From positions 873 through 64,872 of IMG/VR virus record IMGVR_UViG_3300028563_000021: a stretch of 64,000 nt of DNA; one strand, 5' to 3'. Under the pieces are notes generated by a model, which was not told the origin of the DNA, ran no database searches, and was given only the letters and a program-made list of their open reading frames with translations. Positions 8,210-17,393 of this stretch are shown here, in pieces. Position 1 is the first letter of the stretch. Each line of letters begins with the position of its first letter. A program made the position numbers and the translations under genes. This DNA comes from a virus. Lineage: Duplodnaviria > Caudoviricetes.

Positions 8210-8764
8210 ACATTGCAGCACAAACGAAGCACTGCCGCCATTCGCAAGAGTGGTAACAAAGCAAGTGCGTCCAAGCTAAGCCGTTTGGGCCTCGAATGAG
8301 AGGTGAGAAGTTGAACGAATCTGGATGTCGCGACCAGACACTTGCTTTGTTTATGATCCACGGCCATGTCGTACCGAGAGCGTAGGCCACGCTTGCCGCC
8401 GAGACTCGCTGAGGAAAGAGACAACACGTTAGAAATGACCTCCGCACGATAGACGGAGGGCCAACAGGAAAGAGGGGGCAATGAAAAAAGGTCTTCCTGA
8501 ATTGCGCGCAGTACCGAACGACCGAGAGGGCGCAAATTGAAAAGGGTGAAATCCTCTTTTTCCTGTTGGCGGTCGCATGACTGGATTTGCAAGGATAGTA
8601 TCCGCGCCGTTAAAAGTTCGTTTCATGGCTGTATGCCTACTATAAACGTTCAGTACGTAGCAATGAAGGTAGCCCGGCCATCAACACGCGGGGAATGTCG
8701 ATGATAGTTCCGCGTAAAGACACAGATCGACCGCTAATACCGGCCCGCGCAGATGGCCGGACCA
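8210..8764 (+). ncRNA. long multi-domain structured non-coding RNA or leader
   Basis: No + strand ORF in the track; long-range stems 8255-8267/8339-8351, 8460-8471/8559-8570 and 8674-8682/8752-8760, plus local hairpins including a GCAA tetraloop. Confidence 0.6.
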
Positions 8765-8792
8765 ATTTAAGGGAATTATATACTTAAGTCCC

Positions 8793-8821
8793 TTGACATC
8801 CATTAGGGAGTCATCTACTAT
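8793..8821 (+). promoter_or_regulatory. sigma70 promoter inside the left end of IS element B
   Basis: TTGACA-17 bp-TACTAT; spacer shares TAGGGAGTCATC with the element A promoter. Confidence 0.8.
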
Positions 8822-8858
8822 GGATATATAGGTAGTGCAACCTTAATAGGATAACTAA

Positions 8859-9140
8859 ATGAAACTTAAAGACTTGATTGCTAGCTTTGACCAGCGAGCC
8901 AACGGCACGCCGCATGGGGAGTTTTATTTGACTGAACGGCAAAGTAATTTTGCTCGCGTACTCGCTGACAAAGAACAGGTTTCACTAGAGGCAGTCGCTG
9001 CGGAGCACGGCGTTTCGTTCCGCGACTGGTCAATCGGAAAGAATATGCGGTTTTATGGCACCAAGCATTTTGCACAGGAAGTCACACGAGCCAATGCATC
9101 GAACCAGCGCGGGATAGACCGTGTGATAGCAAATCATTAG
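8859..9140 (+). CDS. IS passenger gene B1, hypothetical
   Basis: AGGA RBS, ATG, 93 aa. Confidence 0.7.
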   Translation: MKLKDLIASFDQRANGTPHGEFYLTERQSNFARVLADKEQVSLEAVAAEHGVSFRDWSIGKNMRFYGTKHFAQEVTRANASNQRGIDRVIANH

Positions 9141-9160
9141 TCTGCACAAGGATACTCGCT

Positions 9161-9400
9161 ATGGCAACTGTTGTGCAAATAATAACCATTGATAATAATA
9201 ATCGACACTTTGAAAGTCACCTTGTGGACGGTACGTGGCACGCCATTATTTCCTATGGCGATGCGATCAGAACGGTCTGTGGAGTGCAATTGGAAGGGGA
9301 TGACGGTTACGGACCTGGACCAGAAAAACAAGGAGCAGTTACTTGCCAAGGCTGTCGCGCAATCATTGGCGAAATTCAGAAAATAAAAGGGTGGAAATAA
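9161..9400 (+). CDS. IS passenger gene B2, possible Zn-binding protein
   Basis: WH...RTVCG...VTCQGC motif; AAGGA RBS. Confidence 0.7.
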   Translation: MATVVQIITIDNNNRHFESHLVDGTWHAIISYGDAIRTVCGVQLEGDDGYGPGPEKQGAVTCQGCRAIIGEIQKIKGWK

Positions 9401-9402
9401 TC

Positions 9403-9501
9403 ATGAACGATAAGCTCACCATCAGCACTTTCGAGCTATTCAAGATGTTTCCAGACCAGCAATCAGCGCGTAAGAAATTGGCTAGGGAATCAAAGATATA
9501 A
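9403..9501 (+). pseudogene. transposase remnant fused in frame to the tail of the small downstream ORF
   Basis: MNDKLTISTFELFKMFPDQQSAR|KKLARESKI: N-terminus matches 4610 onward, C-terminus matches the end of ORF 5548-5685. Confidence 0.9.
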
Positions 9502-9525
9502 TTCCCCAATTTAAAGGGATCGCAC

Positions 9526-9747
9526 ATGAACGAAATCACATCACTACTTGCTCTCGCCGCACTGGTGCTGTTTTGCAATTGGCTGATTGCGCCGGACGTC
9601 CCTGATTTGGTGGACGCGCACAAGAAGGAAGTTGCGGCGGCGAAGGTTGAGGCACATCAAAAGGCACAACAGTTGCGCGACGCTCAATTGCTGGATGACG
9701 CCAATCGAATGATGTGGCCGATTGCGCAGGCGCACGCGCCGCAATGA
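9526..9747 (+). CDS. small membrane-anchored hypothetical protein
   Basis: Hydrophobic N-terminus; AGGGA RBS directly after the IS duplication. Confidence 0.6.
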   Translation: MNEITSLLALAALVLFCNWLIAPDVPDLVDAHKKEVAAAKVEAHQKAQQLRDAQLLDDANRMMWPIAQAHAPQ

Positions 9748-9876
9748 AAGCGCTCGCAAGTATAAAGGAATTCGCGCAGCAGTTCGCGTGGGGCTATCAA
9801 CACTTTCGCGGCAAGGAACACGGCATAGCAGGATCAATTCGGCGCTCGTTTCGGACGCTTCGTAAGATTTAAATAA

Positions 9877-10686
9877 ATGGAGAATCAAATGGGCAATGAA
9901 TTATCAACTTTTACCCTTGAGCCGCGCAGTTTGGCCGAGGCAATGGAATACGCCAAAATCATCGCGTCCAGCGACATGGTGCCGAAGGATTATATCAACA
10001 AGCCCGGTAACGTTCTCGTTGCTGTGCAGACTGGCGCAGAGCTTGGACTGAAGCCTATGCAGTCTCTTCAGGGTATCGCGGTAATCAATGGCCGTCCGAC
10101 GATCTGGGGCGATGCCCAATGGGCACTCGTGGCCGGTCATCCTGACTTCGAATATTCGAAAGATGACTTGACCGACACAAAGGCGACGGTATGGCTCAAA
10201 CGTCGCAACCAGCCAGAAATAATGCGTTCGTTTTCAATTGATGACGCGAAAAAGGCCGGGCTTGCAGGAAAGTCTGGGCCGTGGTCAACAAATCCAAAAC
10301 GCATGATGCACATGCGCGCTCGTGCGTTCGCTTCGCGTGACCTGTTCCCTGATGCACTCAAAGGCATTAAGTCAGTCGAGGAAGTTCGCGACTACGGGCC
10401 AGAATGTCAAACCGAAATCGATATCACGCCAAAGTCCGAAACAAAAGCGGAAATCAAAGGCCCGGAATTTCTGACCAGCGAAAAATTTGAAGCCAACAAA
10501 GAAGCATGGCGCAAGTTGATCGACACGAAGAAAAAAACGGTCGATACGCTGATTGCGTTCCTTGATTCGAAAGCGCCGCTGACTGAGTCGCAGAAATCTG
10601 AAATCAAATCATGGGAAGTAATGCCAGTGCAGACAGAGGTCGTTGATGACTTCAATGCCGGCCTTGATTCCTACGTTCCAGAATAG
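9877..10686 (+). CDS. recT: RecT-family single-strand annealing protein
   Basis: SDMVPKDY..KPGNVLVA...GAELGLKPMQSLQGIAVINGRPTIWGDA...GPW...PKRM...RDLFPDALKG. Confidence 0.85.
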   Translation: MENQMGNELSTFTLEPRSLAEAMEYAKIIASSDMVPKDYINKPGNVLVAVQTGAELGLKPMQSLQGIAVINGRPTIWGDAQWALVAGHPDFEYSKDDLTDTKATVWLKRRNQPEIMRSFSIDDAKKAGLAGKSGPWSTNPKRMMHMRARAFASRDLFPDALKGIKSVEEVRDYGPECQTEIDITPKSETKAEIKGPEFLTSEKFEANKEAWRKLIDTKKKTVDTLIAFLDSKAPLTESQKSEIKSWEVMPVQTEVVDDFNAGLDSYVPE

Positions 10687-10699
10687 GGAGGAAAATATC

Positions 10700-12505
10700 A
10701 TGCAAGTTATACCAGTATCGCAGGGATCAAGCGAGTGGCTAGCTGTTCGCGCAACGCATCTGTGTGCCAGTGAAGCGGCGGCAATGCTCGGTTTCGACAA
10801 GGCGACGACGCGGACGCAATTGCTTCAATTGAAGCACACCGGACTCGGCAAAGAGTTCTCCGAGTGGGTTCAAACCAATCTGCTTGATAAGGGCCACGAA
10901 ATAGAAGCGGCAACGCGCCCAATCGGAGAGGAAATAATAGGGGAAGAGCTTTACCCGTGCATCGGAACTATTGAGGTTGACGGCCTTCGTTTGCTCGCCA
11001 GCTTCGACGGCATGACGATGTGCGAAGACGTTGTTTGGGAATGCAAAAGCCGCAATGCTTCGTTGATAGCGGCAATGGCGGACGGCGATTTGCCGGATAC
11101 GCATTGGCCGCAGGTCGAGCAGCAATTAATGATTAGCAACGCGGATAAAGCGCTCTTCACTTGCGGCGATGGCACAGCGGAGCACACTGATCACCTATGG
11201 TATCAGTCGCGTCCAGAGCGTCGCGCAAAGATCGTCGCAGGGTGGCATCAATTTGCCAAGGATTTGGCAAATTACAAGCAGGTCGAAATCGTTGAAAAGC
11301 CAAAGGCTGAAGCGATCATGCAACTGCCTGCGGTGGTAATCAATGTGCACGGTGAACTCGCGCTTTGCAACCTTGGAGACGTCACGCCAAAATTTGACGC
11401 TTTTTTGTCCGGCGCAAATATTGATCTGAAGACTGACGACGATTTTGCAAACGGCGAAGCAACGGCAAGATTCAGTCGCTCCACTGCGAAGACGCTCAAG
11501 CTCAAGGCTAAAGAGGTAATTGGTCAAATCGCAACCGTAAGCGAGGCCGTCTGTACCTTGGAACTGTATGCGGATAAGTTTGATGCGCTCGGCCTGAAGC
11601 TCGAAAAAGCTGTGACGGGCCAGAAAGAGACCATCAAGACCAACATATTGAACGCGGCAAAATTGGCATTCACTGAACACGTCGCGAGCCTGGAAGCGGA
11701 AATCAAACCAATCCGTTTAGTGCACGCTCAACCGGATTTCGTTGGCGCGATGAAAAACAAGCGCACGCTGGCCAGCCTGCACGATGCCGTCGATACTGAG
11801 CTGGCCAATGCCAAGATCAACACCGACGCTATCGCTAAGGGCGTTAGAACGCGGATGGGCTGGTGTAAGACGAATGCCGAAGGCTTTGGCTTCTTGTTTG
11901 CCGATCTGCAAAGCATCATCTACAAGGCCGATGACGACTTCCATCTGATTGTGACGACTCGCGTCGATGCGCACAAAAAGGCGGAAACCGACAAGATCGA
12001 GGCAGAGCGCGCGAAGATTCGGGCCGACGAGGAAGCCAAGGCGACCGCCAAAGCTGCAGAGGACACCCGCCGTCAAGTGGCCGAAGCGCAGGCCAAGGCG
12101 GAGGCAGAAGCAAAGGAAAAGGCTGACGCTGATGCGAAGGTTTTGCGGGAAGCGGAGCAAGCGCACGCAGCCGCACCAGTCCAGGCACCAGCGCAAGAAA
12201 GTATTGCTCCTGCAATAGCTGCCACGCCTCCGCCTGTCCGCGCTCCGGAATCGTATCAGTTCCCGGCGCGGTCAACGGAATCTAGCCACACATCAGCCGA
12301 ATCTTCGGTATTGGTCAACCTCGGCAGCATCAACGCCGCCCTTGGCTTCACGGTGACGGCTGACTTTCTTGGGCGTCTTGGCTTTGACGCCGTACAACAA
12401 AAGAACGCGAAATTGTATCGCGACTCTGATTTTCAACGAATCTGTGCCGCGATCGTGCGTCACGTTCAAATCGCTGCAGCTACGCCATTGAAGTCCGCAG
12501 CTTAA
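10700..12505 (+). CDS. YqaJ-like (lambda exonuclease family) recombinase nuclease with long coiled coil
   Basis: QGSSEWLAVR..HLCASEAAAMLG...GHEIE...LLASFDG...WECK...QVEQQL; adjacent to recT. Confidence 0.9.
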   Translation: MQVIPVSQGSSEWLAVRATHLCASEAAAMLGFDKATTRTQLLQLKHTGLGKEFSEWVQTNLLDKGHEIEAATRPIGEEIIGEELYPCIGTIEVDGLRLLASFDGMTMCEDVVWECKSRNASLIAAMADGDLPDTHWPQVEQQLMISNADKALFTCGDGTAEHTDHLWYQSRPERRAKIVAGWHQFAKDLANYKQVEIVEKPKAEAIMQLPAVVINVHGELALCNLGDVTPKFDAFLSGANIDLKTDDDFANGEATARFSRSTAKTLKLKAKEVIGQIATVSEAVCTLELYADKFDALGLKLEKAVTGQKETIKTNILNAAKLAFTEHVASLEAEIKPIRLVHAQPDFVGAMKNKRTLASLHDAVDTELANAKINTDAIAKGVRTRMGWCKTNAEGFGFLFADLQSIIYKADDDFHLIVTTRVDAHKKAETDKIEAERAKIRADEEAKATAKAAEDTRRQVAEAQAKAEAEAKEKADADAKVLREAEQAHAAAPVQAPAQESIAPAIAATPPPVRAPESYQFPARSTESSHTSAESSVLVNLGSINAALGFTVTADFLGRLGFDAVQQKNAKLYRDSDFQRICAAIVRHVQIAAATPLKSAA

Positions 12506-12532
12506 CCATCACCAAAACCACAGGAGATTCAC

Positions 12533-12802
12533 ATGGACCACGAAATCAAAGAACGCCAGACTATCGCAATGGATGCCGTAGTCAGCAGTCAAATCCATAG
12601 CATCGGCCACGACCCCAAAACCAATACCCTGGCGATACAATTCCCCGAACGCAAGGATGGCAGCCAGGGATCGCTTTATCACTATGCGAATTTCTCGGTC
12701 GAGGAGTTCGACAAGTTCAAAAGCGCGGAATCGACCGGATCGCATTTCATCCACCACATCAAGAAATTTCCCGATCGTTTCCCCTACACGAAGATCGGCT
12801 AA
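12533..12802 (+). CDS. KTSC domain protein
   Basis: VVSSQIHSIGHD....LAIQF...LYHY...F..AESTGSHF..HIK. Confidence 0.9.
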   Translation: MDHEIKERQTIAMDAVVSSQIHSIGHDPKTNTLAIQFPERKDGSQGSLYHYANFSVEEFDKFKSAESTGSHFIHHIKKFPDRFPYTKIG

Positions 12803-12843
12803 TCGGCCGTATTGAATAACCCCGCAACAACATAGGAGCAGTC

Positions 12844-13185
12844 ATGGGAATACGATTATTTACAGACGTCATGCGCGATTTGCGATTTGGCGAAACGCTC
12901 GACGAAATCAGCTTGGAATTTAACAAACTGGTGACCGCAGTCGAGAGCACCGGCAAAGCTGGCGAAATGACGTTCAAGGTCAAGGTCAAGCCGTCCGCTG
13001 CTGGCGCAATTGAAGTCATTGACGAAATCAAGACCAAGTTGCCACAACTCGCGAAAGGAACATCACTGTTTTTCGCAACACCGGAAGGCAATCTGGTCCG
13101 CAATAACCCACGGCAGGATGAATTGCCGGGCCTGAAAGAAGTAGCAGCAAACACCAAGCCACTAAAGGAAATCAAGAATGGATAA
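12844..13185 (+). CDS. hypothetical phage protein, usual partner of DUF2303
   Basis: AVESTGKAG...FFATPEGNLVRNNPRQ pattern directly upstream of DUF2303. Confidence 0.75.
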   Translation: MGIRLFTDVMRDLRFGETLDEISLEFNKLVTAVESTGKAGEMTFKVKVKPSAAGAIEVIDEIKTKLPQLAKGTSLFFATPEGNLVRNNPRQDELPGLKEVAANTKPLKEIKNG

Positions 13186-13990
13186 CCACAATGCCGACAC
13201 GGTGCGCGATCTTGCGGCCTGTTTAGCTCAAATCCGTAGCGTAGGCGTCGATGATAGTCCGTTCATCGTTTTGCCGGAAGGATATCAAGTCCACGACCTC
13301 GAAAAGACGCTCGAAATGCCGATCCGCAAGCGCGGCACGGTGACAATGAATGATGCAATAAGCTTCGTTGATTACTTCAAGCTACACCAAGCCGCTAGCC
13401 GGATTTACGGCCAAGTCGAACCACCGAAATTCATTGCGGTATTAAACGACAACCGCAAGGACGAGGCTGGCTGGCGCGATCATCGTGTCGTCTACAACTG
13501 CCCGTTTTCCAAAGAATGGGTTACATGGAAGCAGTTTGCGGGACAGCCTCGCGACCAAATCGCCTTTTCCGAGTTCATGGAATCGAACACGCCGGACATT
13601 ATCAGCAGCGCCGCCGACGAACCAAGCGGCGCGGTAATGCTGGAAGTCGCGACCAGTTTCAAGGCACAAAAGAAGGTCAACTTCGCCAGCGGACAACGCC
13701 TCGATAACGGACAGGTCGATTTTACTTTTCAGGAAGAAATTCAGGGCAGTGCTGGCGCGAAAGGTCATATCAAAGTGCCGGAACGGTTCTGGATCGGAAT
13801 TCCGGTATTCGAAGGCGGCGCTCCATACCGCATCGAGTGCAAGCTACGCTATCGGCTCAAGGATGGCGGTCTGTCGATGTGGTTCGATCTGGTACGTGAT
13901 CACAAAGTGCTGGAGGCGGCTTTCATGGACATCTGGAAAGAAATCACTGACGGTACGCAGACAACCATCTGGCGCGGCACGCCAGCGTAA
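13178..13990 (+). CDS. DUF2303 (YfdQ-like) protein
   Basis: SFVDY, GWRDHR, SKEW..W, Q..FSEFME, IPVFEGG, LRYR motifs. Confidence 0.85.
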   Translation: MDNHNADTVRDLAACLAQIRSVGVDDSPFIVLPEGYQVHDLEKTLEMPIRKRGTVTMNDAISFVDYFKLHQAASRIYGQVEPPKFIAVLNDNRKDEAGWRDHRVVYNCPFSKEWVTWKQFAGQPRDQIAFSEFMESNTPDIISSAADEPSGAVMLEVATSFKAQKKVNFASGQRLDNGQVDFTFQEEIQGSAGAKGHIKVPERFWIGIPVFEGGAPYRIECKLRYRLKDGGLSMWFDLVRDHKVLEAAFMDIWKEITDGTQTTIWRGTPA

Positions 13991-14256
13991 CGATCAACGG
14001 AGCCGCTGCGCCAAGTAGCTCGGGTCGCGGCTTTAGCCGTGGCCCCTTCGAATAACAACAGCAAGAGATAAAAATGTCTTCAGCAGAAACTCCAACATCC
14101 GACGAATTGACAAATGCTGAATTCTCCACTGTGAATATCGCGACGACGCTGAAATGACCTGCACGCACTGCACGCACTGCAAGCAAAATACCGTGGCGCT
14201 GCACCGATCCGGCGTGCTGCCAATGAACCGAAAGTTACTTTGGATTGGAAGACGAA

Positions 14257-14520
14257 ATGAAAATTGAAATTGAGGTTACTGCGGATGAAATTAAGGCAGC
14301 AATTGAAAAAAAGGTACGTGCGGCTATTTTCGATCAAACTACTGGATTCGTATTTGATGCCTACGTGAAAGATGCCGTAAAAGCTGCGTTGATTCCAGTG
14401 GTTAAGTCAATGATTGAGGAGCGCATCGCCGATGCTCCAAGCATTGAGAAAAAAATCACGGAAGAGATTGAGAGAAAAATTAAGGCGCAAATTAACGCTC
14501 TGATGAGGGCGAAACCATGA
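14257..14520 (+). CDS. hypothetical helical protein
   Basis: ORF in a coupled operon. Confidence 0.6.
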   Translation: MKIEIEVTADEIKAAIEKKVRAAIFDQTTGFVFDAYVKDAVKAALIPVVKSMIEERIADAPSIEKKITEEIERKIKAQINALMRAKP

Positions 14521-15248
14521 ACGAAGAAGACGCAATGAATCAAAAACCGCTGCAAGCCATCGCAGATCAGGCGCAGGTTCCTGCCGGATTCAATTTTGCC
14601 GATCACTTGCAGCGCCAGCGCGACTTTTCAGAAAAGACATTCGGCCCCGGCGCTCGTACTGCTGGCGTGGTTGACCATATCAGAAAGGAACTGAAGGAAA
14701 TCGAAGCGGCACCAGACGATATAACCGAATGGATCGACGTTGTAATTTTGGCGCTTGATGGCGCGTGGCGATCCGGCGCAAGTCCGCAACAGATCATTGA
14801 TGCGATGGTTTCCAAACAAACGAAAAACGAAGGTCGCATCTGGCCTGATTGGAGAACTGCTCCGACCGATAGAGCAATCGAACATGATCGAACTGGCGAG
14901 CTATCCGCCGCGCCGCAGCAAACCAAAGAGCCGGTAGAGCAAGAGGCTGTCGGTCTTTCGGAAAAAGTTCGGCAAGCAATACACCGCGCATGGAACTTAG
15001 GTATTGAAGCTGGCATGCATTTCAACAGTACGGCAGAATTAGACATAAAGAAAGCCGATGCAGCGGCTAGAAAAGTAGGTGAATTGCAGAAGGGAATAAA
15101 GCTACTGATTGAACTGCCATCGCGCCAAATTTATGAACAAGCGGAGTTGAAAGCGTTTGGCGAGTTAGTTCGCCAGCAGGGGCTTGATGTCGACGAGCTT
15201 GTTGCTGAACTGCAAGCACCCGCCGTCCAACTCACGCCAAAGGAATGA
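14517..15248 (+). CDS. DUF550 (MazG-like dATP/dGTP pyrophosphohydrolase) domain protein
   Basis: FSEKTFGPG...VVDHIRKELKEIE...EWIDVVILALDGAWR...KQTKNEGRIWPDW...AIEHDR. Confidence 0.85.
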   Translation: MNEEDAMNQKPLQAIADQAQVPAGFNFADHLQRQRDFSEKTFGPGARTAGVVDHIRKELKEIEAAPDDITEWIDVVILALDGAWRSGASPQQIIDAMVSKQTKNEGRIWPDWRTAPTDRAIEHDRTGELSAAPQQTKEPVEQEAVGLSEKVRQAIHRAWNLGIEAGMHFNSTAELDIKKADAAARKVGELQKGIKLLIELPSRQIYEQAELKAFGELVRQQGLDVDELVAELQAPAVQLTPKE

Positions 15249-15249
15249 T

Positions 15250-15423
15250 ATGACCGACGACGAGAAAATTAATCTGGAAGAATTGCGCAAGACAGCGCAA
15301 GCTACAAAGGCTGCTGCCGAAAAAGCGTGGTATGCCTTCGCCGGGGCGCTTGATGTTGGACCGGAAAGAACGTATGCGTTTGACGTGTACGAACAAATTC
15401 GCACTGCCACAAGGAGACTGTGA
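15250..15423 (+). CDS. hypothetical protein
   Basis: AAGGA RBS, 57 aa. Confidence 0.55.
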   Translation: MTDDEKINLEELRKTAQATKAAAEKAWYAFAGALDVGPERTYAFDVYEQIRTATRRL

Positions 15424-15424
15424 A

Positions 15425-15757
15425 GTGACCGAAGCTATCAAGAGGTACGACTGCGAACCGGATTACGACTGCTCGCAAGTAGATGCGATGATAGAGTTTG
15501 TAACCGGCGACTACGTGAAATATGAAGACCACGTTGCCGCCATCGACGACCTCAAAGCCGAGCGTGAGGCGGATAAGTTGGATGCGGAGCGTTGGCGAAA
15601 AGCAAAGCATTTAATTGGCGCTGAATCAAATTACGGAAGCGTTCCTGTTTTCAGGTTTGCTATGTTGAAACCATTAAATAATCCGTTACAAGGTAGTGTG
15701 GCACAGCACTTCGAAGAAGCCATCGACGCGGCAATAGCACAAAAGAAAGGCGGTTGA
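15425..15757 (+). CDS. hypothetical phage protein
   Basis: GDYVKYED...DAERW...AIDAAIA motifs common in phage accessory genes. Confidence 0.7.
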   Translation: MTEAIKRYDCEPDYDCSQVDAMIEFVTGDYVKYEDHVAAIDDLKAEREADKLDAERWRKAKHLIGAESNYGSVPVFRFAMLKPLNNPLQGSVAQHFEEAIDAAIAQKKGG

Positions 15758-15758
15758 A

Positions 15759-15929
15759 ATGAGAACGAATTTAACTCAAGATCAAGTAACTGCGATCATT
15801 CACGATTTCTTTGCGAGCCAAGACGGGTCTGTAAATTTCCTGTATTACGATGTTGGAGATGACGGATCATTCAACGGCTGTTTGGTCGATCACGATTATT
15901 CTGTCGAACTTCTTGATACGGTAGAGTGA
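15759..15929 (+). CDS. small acidic hypothetical protein
   Basis: Manual ORF MRTNLTQDQV...LDTVE fills the gap exactly. Confidence 0.5.
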   Translation: MRTNLTQDQVTAIIHDFFASQDGSVNFLYYDVGDDGSFNGCLVDHDYSVELLDTVE

Positions 15930-15930
15930 C

Positions 15931-16215
15931 ATGAACAAAAAAGAAGCGAAAGCAAAGAGCCTATCCGAGACACTCACATTCGGGAACTTGCGTCACATCA
16001 TTGATCGCGGAAAGTTTTTGAAGAAAAAAAGCAAGGTTAATCCAGATATTCCGATTGAAAAAATTATCGAGATATACGAAGCGGCCATTGCCGGAAGACC
16101 TGAAAATGAAATCGTCAAAGGATATTCCTACAAGCCAAGCCTTGGAGCCGATAGACCATCCCGCGATAGCTTGGTTGCGTTCAATATTTTGCGCGATTTT
16201 GGAGAACTGAAATGA
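15931..16215 (+). CDS. hypothetical protein
   Basis: ORF in a coupled operon. Confidence 0.6.
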   Translation: MNKKEAKAKSLSETLTFGNLRHIIDRGKFLKKKSKVNPDIPIEKIIEIYEAAIAGRPENEIVKGYSYKPSLGADRPSRDSLVAFNILRDFGELK

Positions 16216-16589
16216 GCGAGTTGAAACCAGTGGCATGGGAATGTTCTTTTCCGCACGGCGGTAGTTGCATAACCGAGAAAGAGGATTTCAAGGACGCTTA
16301 TATTAAAGGTGGGTGCGTTGTAAAAAATCTCTATTCACAGGATCAAGTCGCACAGTTGCAGGCTGATGTGAAGATGTTGCGCGATGCACTCGAAAGAATT
16401 GCGCAGCCAGTTGATGCCGGTTGCGGGTGTAGTTTTCCGTGCAGATGCGATACACCTGAAGCTGAAGCAATCAATGCTGAGGAAATGCGGGAAAACGCTA
16501 GTCAAGCATTGGCCGCTACTGCGCCGGGGGAATCACCCAAACATGGCGCGGATAGCGAAGCCGGGGAACCAAAAAAGCAAGAAAAATAG
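16212..16589 (+). CDS. hypothetical phage protein
   Basis: MSELKPVAW...LRDALERIA; last gene before the convergent late operon. Confidence 0.65.
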   Translation: MSELKPVAWECSFPHGGSCITEKEDFKDAYIKGGCVVKNLYSQDQVAQLQADVKMLRDALERIAQPVDAGCGCSFPCRCDTPEAEAINAEEMRENASQALAATAPGESPKHGADSEAGEPKKQEK

Positions 16590-16596
16590 GATCATT

Positions 16597-17391
16597 TCAG
16601 CCTCCAATGGCAATATTTACGGCAGCGTAGCCACGGTTAAACAACTCAAGGCGATCAGTGAAGTGCATTCTGGTATTTAGCATCCCGAAACCAGTAACAT
16701 TGACCCGCGCAATCTTGGCATGCTCCAACAGGCCGATGCGCTCCTGTGCGGCCTCGCTGGCGTTCAGTGTTACCTCAATGATACGGGATGCTATGGACAA
16801 CGCTGATCGCGTCTTGATCGGCCATGATTCCATGGTGCGAGTCAGTTCGATGCCAAGTTTCAGGTCGCAATCTTCCGGCAAATCATCCATGTCGATATTC
16901 GAACTTGTCCCGCCGTCACTTGCAAAAATGCCATCGTATTGAACCGGCGCGTAAATGAACGGAATGGCAGCGCTGGCGCGCGCGCCGAGAGCAAGCGTCA
17001 TGTTGGGCGTCGTATGGCGGTTCAGTAGCTTCTTGCTGCCGCTAACGCTATCTGTGACAACCATACTGATATCTTGCTCGACATCTGCGAAGGTCTTGCT
17101 GCCGGTCATCTTTGTCAGCCACTTCAGCAGGTTATTGCCATTGCAGTAGGACGCCTGAGTGATCGGCGACAACCACGAAAAATTGAGGAACGACGAGAAA
17201 TCGTCGTTAAGCGCCATCTGCCGCATGTCGTCAATGTGCATGCCGGAAGCGTAGATAGCTGACACGACGCTGCCGCCGCTGGTGCTGTCAATCGGGCCAA
17301 TCGTATGCCCCGCGTCAAGGAGCGCCGACAAGCCGCCGACATGCACGGCGGCTAGATAGCCCGATCCTGACATCGCGACGGCGATTTTCAT
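16597..17391 (-). CDS. patatin-like phospholipase
   Basis: AMSGSG....HVG oxyanion motif, STSGGS nucleophile elbow, ASAAIP, DGG catalytic Asp. Confidence 0.9.
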   Translation of the reverse strand: MKIAVAMSGSGYLAAVHVGGLSALLDAGHTIGPIDSTSGGSVVSAIYASGMHIDDMRQMALNDDFSSFLNFSWLSPITQASYCNGNNLLKWLTKMTGSKTFADVEQDISMVVTDSVSGSKKLLNRHTTPNMTLALGARASAAIPFIYAPVQYDGIFASDGGTSSNIDMDDLPEDCDLKLGIELTRTMESWPIKTRSALSIASRIIEVTLNASEAAQERIGLLEHAKIARVNVTGFGMLNTRMHFTDRLELFNRGYAAVNIAIGG

Positions 17392-17393
17392 GG

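Larger units (their letters stand above)
8771..9506 (+). mobile_element. non-autonomous IS1595 derivative with two passenger genes (element B)
   Basis: Ends GGGAATTATA...TATAATTCCC as in element A; 8-bp target duplication CAATTTAA at 8763-8770 and 9507-9514; transposase internally deleted. Confidence 0.93.

Noticed and set aside
8185-8626. Minus-strand ORFs of 65-135 aa over the structured region
   Set aside because: Weak starts, no recognisable motifs, and they oppose the promoter at 8176; RNA structure explains the region better.
4131-9506. Composite transposon spanning both IS elements
   Set aside because: Each element has its own distinct 8-bp target duplication, indicating separate insertions.
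14517-15248. 2-aminoadenine (Z) genome pathway
   Set aside because: DUF550 alone is insufficient; no PurZ or dedicated polymerase was recognised.
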